DNA from: Hormiphora californensis
Lineage: Eukaryota; Animalia; Ctenophora
DNA: 64,000 nucleotides
Direction of reading: 5' to 3'
NCBI GenBank assembly: GCA_020137815.1
Contig: CM035351.1
Location: 558,001 to 622,000 of the forward strand
In this document: positions 27,401-40,602 of the stretch, piece by piece
Numbering within the stretch: position 1 is the first letter of the stretch
How the letters are laid out: every line of letters starts with the position of its first letter
Translations under genes and position numbers: made by a program
The notes under the pieces: generated by a model
What the model saw: the letters and a program-made list of their open reading frames with translations, nothing else
The model's database searches: none
What the model was told of the DNA's origin: nothing

Positions 27401-27455
<55 letters not shown>

Positions 27456-27457
<2 letters not shown>

Positions 27458-27580
27458 GACAAAAAATGGTAGGAGAAAGTGAGAAATAGGCTAGGAACGG
27501 ATGGTGCAGGGGATGTCAGCGTTCCCTAATCTAGCTATCATTTCCCCGAAATTCGCCCGTAGGGCGAACGGGCCTACTAG
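27456..27580 (+). mobile_element. Helitron-like 3' terminus
   Basis: Hairpin GCCCGT-AGGGCGA-ACGGGC followed by CTACTAG|T at 27580; the 5' end is not visible. Confidence 0.6.
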
Positions 27581-27622
27581 TTATTACAATCCACAAAGGA
27601 TGTACAAATTAGAAAGGACCTA

Positions 27623-28415
27623 TAGTAGAGTCGATAACTACATCGACCTCTCCCAATTGTTCCAGTTTTTGTCACATCTGTTTGGAGCCTCGACACGACC
27701 TCTAAACAGGTGTTACTTTTTCACAAACTGTTTTCATCTTGGTGTAATCAGCAGTTGAAATGTTGCTAATCATAACAAAAACCTGACTAAATTTTTTCAA
27801 CTTGGGGTAAAACCATGGGTGTCAAAAGTTAGCTCTAGGTCCCCTGAGTAACCATCCGGAGACTCTAAGAGATATTTCAAGCCGTTCTCCCGTAATCATT
27901 AATCCCGGTGGAGAAAAAAATACAATGCGGACGTACGTGAGCGCTGGCAGGCTGTTTACATGTTATTGTATGTCTCTCACTCTCTCTGGAAAAACCGCAC
28001 GTGCGGTTGCGCCGCGCGAGATAACTCTTTCTCAAGGGGGAGAAAAGAGAGAGACGCACATTAACGTTATACATTAAAGTTGAGGTTGTAGGCAATTGCA
28101 CGTACGTCCATACTCAAATATGTGCTCTACCGGGATTAATGATTACAGGAGAACGGCTTGAAATATCTCTTGGAGTCTCCGGATGGTTACTCAGGGGACC
28201 TAGAGCTAACTTTTGACACCCATGGTTTTACCCCAAGTTGAAAAAATTTAGTCAGGTTTTTGTTATGATTAGCAACATTTCAACTGCTGATTACACCAAG
28301 ATGAAAACAGTTTGTGAAAAAGTAACACCTGTTTAGAGGTCGTGTCGAGGCTCCAAACTGATGTGACAAAAACTGGAACAATTGGGAGAGGTCGATGTAG
28401 TTATCGACTCTACTA
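27623..28415. mobile_element. Palindromic MITE with ~285-bp arms (possible TA TSD)
   Basis: TAGTAGAGTCGATAACTACATCG ... CGATGTAGTTATCGACTCTACTA; arms near identical. Confidence 0.85.
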
Positions 28416-28494
28416 CTACTTTACAAACTACAATTCTGTGAATGTTGGTACATACCTTATTTTCATAATCATATCTGTGAATGATGGTACATAC

Positions 28495-28603
28495 CTTATT
28501 TTCATATCGGTGAATGATTGAATTACTGAAGATATCATCATCTGCATCGCTATCATCTGACGCGAACTCCGTCAATCGCAGCTCCTCTGGGCGTGGCATG
28601 CCC
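28495..28603 (-). CDS. Isolated exon MPRPEELRLTEFASDDSDADDDIFSNSIIHRYENK; candidate first exon (cytoplasmic tail) of the aminopeptidase
   Basis: Acceptor TTTTGTAGTAG|GGGCATG and donor AAG|GTATGT; same strand as, and upstream of, the TM exon. The assignment is inferred. Confidence 0.45.
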
Positions 28604-28679
28604 CTACTACAAAATAGAGAATTACACGGTCGCTTGTAGTGGGAAAACGGTAATGGAAAACGAAGATACAGTAAGACGA

Positions 28680-29510
28680 CGCATGCCCCTACTACTACCA
28701 AATAGAGATTTAGAATATTGTGGGCGTGGCATGCCCCTACTACTACTACCAAATAGAGATTTAGATTATTGTGGGCGTGGCATGCCCCTACTACTACCAA
28801 ATAGAGAGTTAGATTGTTGTGGGCGTGGCATGCCCCTACTACCAAATAGAGAGTTAGAATATTGTGGGCGTGGCATGCCCCTACTACTACCAAATAGAGA
28901 TTCAGATTGTTGTGGGCGTGGCATGCCCCTACTACTACCAAATAGAGAGTTAGAATATTGTGGGCGTGGCATGCCCCTACTACTACCAAATAGAGATTCA
29001 GATTGTTGTGGGCGTGGCATGCCCCTACTACTACCAAATAGAGAGTTAGAATATTGTGGGCGTGGCATGCCCCTACTACTACTACCAAATAGAGAGTTAG
29101 AATATTGTGGGCGTGGCATGCCCCTACTACTACTACCAAATAGAGAGTTAGAATATTGTGGGCGTGGCATGCCCCTACTACTACTACCAAATAGAGAGTT
29201 AGAATATTGTGGGCGTGGCATGCCCCTACTACTACCAAATAGAGAGTTAGAATATTGTGGGCGTGGCATGCCCCTACTACTACCAAATAGAGAGTTAGAA
29301 TATTGTGGGCGTGGCATGCCCCTACTACTACTACCAAATAGAGAGTTAGAATATTGTGGGCGTGGCATGCCCCTACTACTACTACCAAATAGAGAGTTAG
29401 AATATTGTGGGCGTGGCATGCCCCTACTACTACTACCAAATAGAGAGTTAGAATATTGTGGGCGTGGCATGCCCCTACTACTACTACCAAATAGAGATTC
29501 AGATTGTTGT
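28680..29510 (-). repeat. 45/48/51-bp minisatellite (~17 copies) whose unit is the 3' splice acceptor plus the first 15 nt of the 28603 exon
   Basis: Unit ACAATATTCTAACTCTCTATTTGGTAG(TAG)n|GGGCATGCCACGCCC versus the real junction ATTCTCTATTTTGTAGTAG|GGGCATGCCACGCCCAGAG. Confidence 0.92.
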
Positions 29511-30820
29511 GTAACAACAAGATGATGAATGATGTGTACTGTGTAGCAATGTTGTAATGTGTATTTGAATCATGGTGCAACATATATAGCGGCGTTTGTG
29601 GCTGCATCAAGTACACATCAAGTATTTACTGAGGCTCGAGTGTTCTCGACCCTCCAACACTGGATTCTTCCCTCACGTTTTAAGAGAGGGTTGGAACAAG
29701 GCAAGAGAGTGGGCATGGGTAAAAAACATTAATAAAAAGTTACATTTAACAATATAATTCCAAAAATATAGTGCTATACTAATAGTAGGTAAGGGAAACC
29801 TCAAGCAACAATTTTGTGTTATTTCCCACGGTCATAGCTCCTTCTCAATATAGAGACTCTTGTCAGCCCCCCAGGAGGTGGAGCGTGGGAAATATTGCTG
29901 GGGTTTAACTTTGAACTACCTAATGTGTTACAAACTACCCTTCTACAATGTGGAAGGATAGTTTGTAATCTAAAAACGGAACAAGCGGGCTGCGAGACGA
30001 AACAGTTTGCTTTCCTCTGACGGGGGACTGTGGTGCATGTCCTAGTCCTAATAAAATGGCTAGGTACCAAACTACCAAACCACTCAACTGTTTTGGCTAA
30101 ATCAAAAAGTATCTGATACGGCATAACCTGAACCCTAGCTAAAAAAGTACCCTGCACTAAAATGGTTCTAACCACCAAACCACTCAACCGTTTTGGCTAA
30201 CTTAACATTTATCTGATAGGAAATCGCAAGCCCTAACCCTGTCTCCAGCCCAAATCCTAGCCCTAACGCTACTTTAGCCCTAACGGCTAACCCTAAAACC
30301 GTGAGTGCTGCCACTCAAAGGTTTTGAGTCAAAACACCCTGATTTCAACGCCTCTCACATGTTAACATGTTAACGTGCCTGTTAAAAACTGTTATCATTA
30401 GTCTCCGGGGTCATCATCTCCGGGGTCTTCGGGCCAGAGCCCGAAGAGTTTTAGTGATCGCAATGACATTAACATTTTATACATGATTAAAAACAATAAC
30501 CAGAATTAATTTATTATACCCAATTTATGTACAGATAAGATTGATTTCTATATCCATTTTACTAATTGAACCGGTACCCCGGCTTTCGCAAATGTTAACG
30601 TGTGTAAAATGCGTTGAAAATTATGAAGATCGCAATTTCACACGTTTGGGGGTGATAACTTCAAAAAGTATGACTTTTAACACCCGGATCGTATTGAAAA
30701 AAAGGCCCAAAATTACTTTGCAAAAAACAATAAGAAAAATATTTTCAGTGCCTTCTTCCTTGGTTCCTCCACTTCTCAAGCTATGCTCCTCTACCGTGAA
30801 CCGTCTACGATCCTCAGGTC

Positions 30821-30960
30821 ACTAAAGTGAAAGCGAAACAACAACGAACTGGCTGCGCGTCGCGCATTCGTTGCGCATAACGATCTCTCCGGTGAGATCG
30901 TTATGCGCAACGTTGCGGGATGCGCAGCCAGTTCGTTGTTGTTTCGCTTACACTTTAGTT
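30821..30960. mobile_element. 140-bp hairpin MITE-like element
   Basis: ACTAAAGTG..AGCGAAACAACAACGAACTGGCTGCGC ... GCGCAGCCAGTTCGTTGTTGTTTCGCT..CACTTTAGT. Confidence 0.75.
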
Positions 30961-30991
30961 CGGTGCCAAAATCGAAAAATTAAGAGTTCGG

Positions 30992-32110
30992 GGCAGGTGA
31001 GTAGAACTTCGCTCCTAATAAAAGGCTGCAATAAAAGGCTGCAATAAAAGGCTGCAGAAAAAGGCTGCAATAAAAGGCTGCAATAAAAGGCTGCAATAAA
31101 AGGCTGCAAGGGATCACTATCCAACCAGACTAAAGCGGGGGATAGACCGAATCGTCCTCCCCTAATAGTGTTTCGTATCACGTATCGGCTGTAGTGAGAC
31201 CGAATCACCCTCCCCTAACTATAGTGATTCGTGTCACGTATCCAACTAGACCATAGGCAATAGAAAGAGACCGAGATAGAGAGCGAGTACGATTGAGAAC
31301 TGAGAGTGTGAAAAATCAGAATCACGGTATGGTATCACGTACCATGGTATCCTCTAATGAAAAGCGGTTACCAATTGACAATGAGACCTCATCGGTCCCG
31401 ATACGTGATTCTCTACCGCTATGTATTCTCCATTAGTCTTTCCGTATCGATCCACGATTCAGTAGAGGTAGTCAGTAACTACTGAGAGTGTTGGTCTAAT
31501 GAGGTAGGGTAGATCTATTGATTGAGCGTGTAGCACAATCACACGTGAACCACCCAACCACTTGGTTCACCTATCATAGTATTATGTGTGATTCCGCTCT
31601 ACTGAATTGTGTACATAAAGACTATTGGCGAATAACGGTAGAAAATCAGTAATCACGTATTGGCACCGATTAGGTCAAATTATAGGTAACCGCCTTTCAT
31701 TTAATTAATTAGAGGATATCATGAAACGTGATACAATACTTGATTAGTCGTCCATGATTCGGATCTCTCACTCTCACCTCTCTAACTCTCTATCTCCGTC
31801 TATCTACCGCCTATGGTTTAGTTGGATACCAGGCACGAATCACTATAATTAGGGGCGGGTGATTCGGTCTCTCTACCGCTTATGGTAGAAAGCGATACGT
31901 GAAACAAAACACTATTAGGGGAGGACGATTCGGTCTATCTCCTGCTTTAGTACTTTAGTCCAGTTGGATATGTGATCCATTGCAGCCTTTTATTGCAGCC
32001 TTTTATTGCAGCCTTTTATTGCAGCCTTTTTCTGCAGCCTTTTATTGCAGCCTTTTTCTGCAGCCTTTTATTGCAGCCTTTTATTAGGAGCGAAGTTCTA
32101 CTCACCTGCC
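30992..32110. mobile_element. Non-autonomous TIR element with 8-bp TSD and subterminal 13-bp tandem repeats (Merlin/hAT/Mutator-like)
   Basis: TSD GAGTTCGG at 30984-30991 and 32111-32118; TIR GGCAGGTGAGTAGAACTTCGCTCCTAAT; (AATAAAAGGCTGC)n in both arms; the interior is an imperfect palindrome. Confidence 0.88.
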
Positions 32111-33407
32111 GAGTTCGGTGCTTGGCAAACGTTGCGGGCCCCCGATAGCGCGGGATAAGGCAGCGTTTTTCAAGTTCGGTGCCAAAATTTGGGTTTTTAA
32201 AAAGCCCGAACGCGAATTTTTTAAAAATCTTGTTGCGCGCGCGATTAGATCCGAAGGATAAACAATACTTGCGCGCAGTGGGTTCGAGATTTAAAACAAG
32301 CATTTTTCGCGCGTTACGTCAATTTTAGCAAACTTTTGGTTCGGCAATTTGTGTTTTCCACCGTCAGAGACAGAGTAGCCCGTCAAATTTCAGGACCTGT
32401 CTTGCAATGTTTTGGGGGTTATACAAATCTAAACTCGATAATATTTCTGACAGAAAACGTTTAAAAGGTGTCCGTAATGAACACATAATAATTCATGAAT
32501 ACAGACGCTTTAATAACAACACACATACTCTCTCACACTCACATACACACTCTCTTTCTCTCCTTTTCTCTTTCTCTCACACACACACACTCTCCATCAC
32601 TCAGTCACACATGTGTGGAATTGAACGTATCCCATACATTAATAACAGTGTCATTATCAGTAACAAAAACATGAATTAAACAGATTCATTGCCTCTCTAC
32701 CATCTCTCTCTCTCTCTCTCAGTAAGTTCATAATATTCCTTCAGTATCTTCATTATTATTCTAGCAGTATCTTCATTATATATCCTGTCCAGTGACAGTA
32801 ATCAAATCATCTTCATCTCTCGTACACTGCACCAATGGAGGCTGCTGCACAACATCAACTGGGCCAATCATCACCATCATTATTAATTATTCTTTATGGC
32901 GGGAATATCAAAAATAAATTCATAGTGTCACGTGATTATTAGCTATCACTTATCATATAATAATCGATGCTAAGTTACCATACTAGTGATACACCTCTCT
33001 TACTACAATATTCTATCTCCCTCTCTCTCCTCTTCTCTCTTTCTCTTCTCTCTTTCTCTATCTCTATCTCTATCTCTCTCCTCTTCTCTCTCTCGGTCCA
33101 CCACACGCACAACTCCCACATGGCGCTGTAAGGCCCCATGCGAGAACAGGGTTAAATCCCCCGAGCCCGGATCCTGTTGGATCTGAGGGCCCGGGGGGCC
33201 TGCGGAGTAAAGGTAGGTAGAACTCTCTCTCTCTCTTTCTGTCTCTTCTTGTACTATCATCTCCCTCTATCACTACCACTAACATCCTCCTAGAATTGAA
33301 TGCAGGAGCAGTCCAAATACACGAGTCTTTAATTTACGTCGTCCTAATTGGTCAATTAGTTACCTAACTAATCCGTTATATTTCTATCCTCTTTACACCA
33401 CGACATC

Positions 33408-36400
33408 TCAACTGGGTGACAGCTCGAACGGATATGGGTTACTGTCATTGTAAGCATCCCAGTGTGTAAAGGTATCCGTTAGTTGATCAGTGAGGTGCCC
33501 AAATTCAAGGAAATCAAAGTAAGCACTGAGTAGATCCCGAGCGAACAGGTTTATAAACATGACCTGTGATTTGGGGATGTTATCAAGAGATGGGAAGGAC
33601 TGGGGTAGTTGCCGCTTCTTTTCCTCAGCAATCTGGTCCCGATATTCCAGAATAATCCGGTGGGCCCATGTCCTGGAGAGGGTTGGGACACGTGAGGTGT
33701 TACTGATATCAGCGCACTTGATCGCCATTTTCAGTATCAGTGTCTTATTCTCCTGACTAGCCGGGATCTCCTGCTGCTCTGCTCCCTCTCCGTCTACATT
33801 AGCGTTGACTGCAATGAACCTGTTGTAATACTCAAAGTGCTGGGTCATATCAGTAGCTAGAATCATACTGATGATGGATTTCCGGACCGATTTGAATGTG
33901 TCCCCGTCCAAGTTTTTGAAAATGTTGATATTCTGTTGTTCTGGCGCCTGGGTGGTGATTTTGAAGGCGTGTGCAGCATGGTGACTTTCTAACACCGCAC
34001 TATCGTTGTATAACACCGCTAAGTCATGCTGGGTGTTGCAAAGGAAGGTGTTAGTACGGCCAGGGTGGTCTATATCGTGACAGATAGAGGCGATTAGGAG
34101 AGATAAGAAGTCCATTGGATCGAGGCAGGTCTCCATGCATTCAGAGCGGCAGAAGTAAGCTGCAGCTTGTAACACATCAGCTGCGTGTGTTGAGTTGTGG
34201 TAGCTGTTACTGCTGTGGTAATGGGACTCGACCAGGGCCAGCCAGTTCTTTAGTGTTTGTTCCTCTATCTTGAATATGTTCAACATACCAAACTCTACCA
34301 GGATATCAAAACCGAGGTAGTACAGGGGCCTGAAAAGGGGGGATGAGTGAGGGGTAAAGAATTTAAGAATTGAAGTATAAATATAAACACGTGGGATTGT
34401 GAACATAGTCACTAAGACAATCTAACCAACAACACCTAAACCTACCGACTGCTAGACAACTTCCCTAAACCTACCGACTGCTAGACAACCCCTTCCCTAA
34501 ACCTACCGACTGCTAGACAACCCCTTCCTAAACCTACCGACTGCTAGACAACCCCTTCCTAAACCTACCGACTGCTAGACAACCCCTTCCCTAAACCTAC
34601 CGACTGCTAGACAACCCCTTCCCTAAACCTACCGACTGCTAGACAACCCCTTCCCTAAACCTACCGACTGCTAAAAAAACCCCTTTCCTAACCTACGACT
34701 GCAGAAAACCCCTTTCCTAAAACCTCCCGAGCTAGACATTCCCAAAACCTCCGACTGAGAAAACCCCTCCCTAACCTCCCGACTCTAAAAACCCCCTTTT
34801 CCTAAACCCACCGACTGCTAGACAACTTCCTAAACCTACCGCTGCTAACAACCCCTTCCAAAACCTACGATGCTAGAAAACCCTTCCCTAAACCTACCCG
34901 ACTGCTAGACAACTTTCCTAAACCTCCCCGACTGCTAGAAAACCCCCTTCCCTAAACCTCCGACTGCTAGACAACCCCTTTCCCCCCACCTACCGACTGT
35001 TTTGAAAACCCCCTTTTCCTAAACCTACCGACTGCTAGAAAACCCCCTTTTCCTAAACCTACCGACTGCTAGAAAACCCCCTTTCCAAAACCTACGACTG
35101 CTAGAAAACCCCCAAACCCCCTAACCAAACCGACTGCTAGCAACCCTCCTAAACCTACGACTGCTAGAACACCCTTTCCTAAACCTACCGACTGCTAGAC
35201 AACCCCTTTCCAACCTACCGACGCTAGACAACCCTTCCTAACCACCGACTCTGACAAACCCTAACCCCTAAACCACCGACTGCTAAACCTACCCTCACCC
35301 CTTCCCTAACTACCACCTAGCCCAACCCCTCCTAAACCCCTCTAAACCACCGACTCAGACAACTTCCTAAACCTACCGACTGCTAGACAACAACCCCTAA
35401 ACCTACCGACTGCTAGACAAACTTTCCCTAACCTCCGACCTAACAACCCAAACCACCCGACTGCTAGACAACCCTTTCCCTAACAAACCTACCGACTGCT
35501 AGAAAACACCCTTTCCTAAACCTACCGACTGCTAGACAACCCCTTCCCTAAACCTAACCGACTGCTAGACAACCCCTCCCTACCCCACGTAACCAACCCT
35601 CCACCAACCTACACCCTACACCCCCTCCCAACACTCCACCCCTCAACCCACCTAACCACCTGCTAACCCACCTTCCCCCCAACCTCCGACTCTGACAACC
35701 CCTTCCCTAAACCACCGACTGCTGACAACCACCCCTACCACTGCTAACAACTTCACTAAACTCCGACTGCTAGACAACCCTTCCCTAAACCTACCCGACT
35801 GCTAGCAACCCCTTCCCTAAACCTACCGACTGCTAGACAACCTTTCCTAAACCTACCGACTGCTACCCAACTCCCCTAAACCTACCGACTGCTAGACAAC
35901 CCCTCCACCCCTGCTAACAACCCCTTCCAACCTACCGATGCTAGACACCCCTTCCTAAACCTACCGCTGCTAGACAACCTTCCCTCCACCGACTGCTGAC
36001 AACCCCTTTCCCTAACCTACCGCTGCTAGACAACCCTCTTCTCAAACCTACCGACTGCTAACAACTCTCCCCTAAACCTACCGCGCTAGACAACCCCTTC
36101 CTAAACCTCCACCCAGACAACCCTTCCCACCGACTGCAAACCCCTTTCCAACCTAACGACGGAACCCTTCCCTAAACCTACCGACTGCTAGACAACCCTC
36201 CTACACTGCTAACAACTTCCTAAACCTACCGACTGCTAGAAACCCTTCCAAACCTACCGCTCCTAAACCCCTTCCCTCAGAAACCCTTAAACCACTGCCT
36301 AGACAACTCCCCCAACCCTACCGACTGCTAGACAACTTCCCTAAACCTACCGACTGCTAGACACCCCTTCCCTACCGCTGCTAGCACCCCTTTCCTAACC

Positions 36401-39400
36401 ACCCGACTCTAGACAACCCCTTCCCTAAACATTAAAACACCCTGTCTAGACCAACTCTCAACCTACGACCGACCAACCCCTTCCAACTAAACCTCCCCTA
36501 ACACTCCGTAAAACCCCTTCCAAACCTACCACCTAACACCCTTCCCTAAAACCACCATGCTAGAAATTCCTAAACCTACCGACTGCTAGACAACCCCTTT
36601 CCTAAACCTACCGACTGCTAGCAACCCCTTTCCTAAACCTAACCGACGCTAGACACCCCTTCCCAAACCTACCGACTGCTAACAACCCCTTTCCCCTAAA
36701 CCTACCGACTGCTAGACAACTTCCCACCTACCGACTGCTAGACAACTTCTTCCCCCTAAAACCACCTGATCAACCCCTTCCCTAAACCCACCACTGCTAG
36801 ACCAACTTTTCCTATCCTAACCAACTGCTAGACAACTTACCCCTAATCCCTACGCTAGACAACTTTCCTAACCTACCGACTGCTAAACTTCCAAACACCG
36901 ACTGCTAGACAACTTCCTAACCCTAACACTGCTAAACAACTTCCCTAAACCTTCACTCTACCCAACCCCTCCTAGACAAACCCTCTAAACCCCTCCAAAC
37001 CTACCGACTGCTAGACAACCTCCCTAAACCTACCGACTGCTAGACAACCCTTCCCTAAACCCACTGCTAGAACCCCTCCAAACCACCTCCTAACACCCTT
37101 CCCTAAACCAACCACTGCTAGCCAATCCCTAAACTACCGACTGCTAGCAACCTTCCTAAACCTACCGACTGCTAGACAACCCTTCCTAAACCTACCACTG
37201 CTAGACACCCCTTTCCTAAACCTACCGACTGCAAACACTTCCCCCCACCTACCACTGCTAGACAACCCCTTCCTAACCTACCGACTCCAACCCCTTCCCT
37301 AACCTACACCCCCTACCAAACCCCTAACCCCTAAACCTCCGACTGCAACAACCCAACCCCTAACTCCGACTGCTAACAACCCCTTCCTAAACCTACCGAC
37401 TGCTAGACAACACCCCTAAACCTACCGATGCTACAACCCCTAAACCTACCGACTGTAGACAACCCCTTCCCTAAACCTACCGACTGCTAGACAACCCCTA
37501 ACCCCTAAACCTACCGACTGCTAGACAACCCCTAACCCCTAAACCTACCGACTGCTAGACAACCCCTTCCCTAAACCTACCGACTGCTAGACAACCTTCC
37601 CTAAACCTACCGACTGCTAGACAACCCCTTCCTAAACCTACCGACTGCTAGACAACTTTCCTAAACCTACCGACTGCTAGACAACTTCCCTAAACCTACC
37701 GACTGCTAGACAACCCCTTCCCTAAACCTACCGACTGCTAGACAACCCCTTCCCTAAACCTACCGACTGCTAGACAACCCTTCCCTAAACCTACCGACTG
37801 CTAGACAACCCCTTTCCTAAACCTACCGACTGCTAGACAACCCTTCCTAAACCTACCGACTGCTAGACAACCTTCCCTAAACCTACCGACTGCTAGACAA
37901 CCCCTTCCTAAACCTACCGACTGCTAGACAACTTCCCTAAACCTACCGACTGCTAGACAACCCCTTCCCTAAACCTACCGACTGCTAGACAACCCCTTCC
38001 TAAACCTACCGACTGCTAGACAACCCCTTTCCTAAACCTACCGACTGCTAGACAACTTTCCTAAACCTACCGACTGCTAGACAACCCCTTCCCTAAACCT
38101 ACCGACTGCTAGACAACCCCTTTCCTAAACCTACCGACTGCTAGACAACCCCTTTCCTAAACCTACCGACTGCTAGACAACCCCTTCCTAAACCTACCGA
38201 CTGCTAGACAACCCCTTTCCCCCCACCTACCGACTGCTAGACAACCCCTTTCCTAAACCTACCGACTGCTAGACAACCCCTTCCCTAAACCTACCGACTG
38301 CTAGACAACTTTCCTAAACCTACCGACTGCTAGACAATCCCTTTCCTAAACCTACCGACTGCTAGACAACCCCTTTCCTAAACCTACCGACTGCTAGACA
38401 ACTTCCTAAACCTACCGACTGCTAGACAACCCCTTCCCTAAACCTACCGACTGCTAGACAACCCCTTCCCTAAACCTACCGACTGCTAGACAACCCCTTC
38501 CCTAAACCTACCGACTGCTAGACAACCCCTTCCCTAAACCTACCGACTGCTAGACAACTTCCCTAAACCTACCGACTGCTAGACAACCCCTAACCCCTAA
38601 ACCTACCGACTGCTAGACAACCCCTAAACCTACCGACTGCTAGACAACTTTCCTAAACCTACCGACTGCTAGACAACCCCTTTCCTAAACTTACCGACTG
38701 CTAGACAACTTCCCTAAACCTACCGACTGCTAGACAACCCCTTCCCTAAACCTACCGACTGCTAGACAACCCCTTCCCTAAACCTACCGACTGCTAGACA
38801 ACTTCCCCCCACCTACCGACTGCTAGACAACTTCCCCCCACCTACCGACTGCTAGACAATCTAACCAACAACCCCTAAACCTACCGACTACTAGACAACT
38901 TTTCCAGTTCGAAGATATCGTAATCCCACTCTTTCCGTTTCGTGAGATTATCCTGGATTAACACAGGCAGAGAGGTCATACTACTGCTGAAGGCCACCAT
39001 CGATTCTGTTGAAAAAGAGGGAAATATTAACAGGAGGGGAGGGGAGAAAACAACTTTATAAAAATATAATAGTAGGGGGTGATGAGGAGGGGGAGGGGAG
39101 GGAAACAGCTATACATATGAGGAGGAGGAGGGGAGGGACACAACTATACAAAATGAGGAGGGGGAGGGGAGGGACACAACTATACAAAATGAGGAGGGGG
39201 AGGGGAGGGACACAACTATATATCACGAATAAAATGATTGCGTTATGTTATATATCGGATACTAATTAACGGGTACAGATTGTGCAATAATGATGGTGGG
39301 GCATCCGTCACATACAGGCAAAAAGGGGAGGGGAGAAATAGCAAGTACTAAAATATGCAACCTGGGTACCTCTAACCGTCACATGTACAGGTAAAAAAGG

Positions 39401-40536
39401 GAGGGAGAAAGGAGCAAAAAGGGGAGGGGAAATAGTAATACCTCTGTGTGATAAGATGGTATCCCCGGTAAGGGATGGTCTGGTATTCCGACCCTCCATC
39501 AGCCCATCCATGAAACCCAGCGCCTCTGGATCCTCTGTTAGACTGGTGGATCCAGTGGTGTAGAGTTCTGAGGATCGTAGCATGCCCATCATGTTCTCTA
39601 TTAGATTGGGAGGTAACTGGGGGCTCGTATCCTGGAGGTTCCGTAACATGCCCAGTATCTGGAGAGGGAGTTGATTTAGGGCACAAAACCACAATTTAGG
39701 GCACAAAACCACAATTTAGGGCACACAACCACAATTTAGGGCACGAAACCACCATTTAGGGCACAAAACCACAACACCCACAATCCACATAACACACAAC
39801 CCCCAGTTGAAAATGTAACCCCATGCCGACCGTGGGGGGGGGTTGCCATGGTGATATTTGGTGACCATGACAACCCCCTTACCAACCATCATCCACACAA
39901 GTACCTTAATAATAGGGGCATCCACTTGTTTCGAATAGCGGCGACTTTGTGTGTTACTAAGACTATTTATCGAGGTATTCGATGACTCTGTCCTCACTCT
40001 CCCATTACTCATTCTTCGCATGCTGTTTCCACCTGATTTACTGTAGCAGTTCTTGCAGGCGGGGTTCGATTCTTGGCGACATGTCACGAAATGGGAGGGT
40101 CTAAAGGGGAGAGTAAGACATGTTACGAAATGGGGGCCGGGATGTGTCACAGGTCAGATCGAGACGAGTACTAATAAATTTATATGGCAGTGACGGCATT
40201 GCAATGACGTCACTCTAATATAAAGGGTGTACTAGAGATGATGCTGTACCTTGACATCTCTCCATCAAAGATTGGTAGTATTTTCATCTCCACTGAAACT
40301 GGTTCCTGGCCCTGTCGATTGTTAAACACCAAACCGTCCCAGCCCTTACCATCAACCTTCGAGCGAGATATCACGTCGTGTATACCCTGAAATAGAGATA
40401 TGATGTATAATGACGTGGTGTACATGAAATTATGAGTATTTCCCACCACGCACTACCGTCCTTGCTATCTATCCATAGCCCAGTGCTAATTTACATACAC
40501 CAGAGACCGACGGAAGTAATTGCCACCACGAAGAGA

Positions 40537-40602
<66 letters not shown>

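Noticed and set aside
28593-29616. Long repetitive ORFs of 234-427 aa on both strands
   Set aside because: They arise from a minisatellite with unit lengths divisible by three; there is no sign of protein-level constraint.
34420-38900. CRISPR-like or telomeric array
   Set aside because: No unique spacers and no cas genes. CCCTAA-like words are only part of a unit explained by the splice junction.
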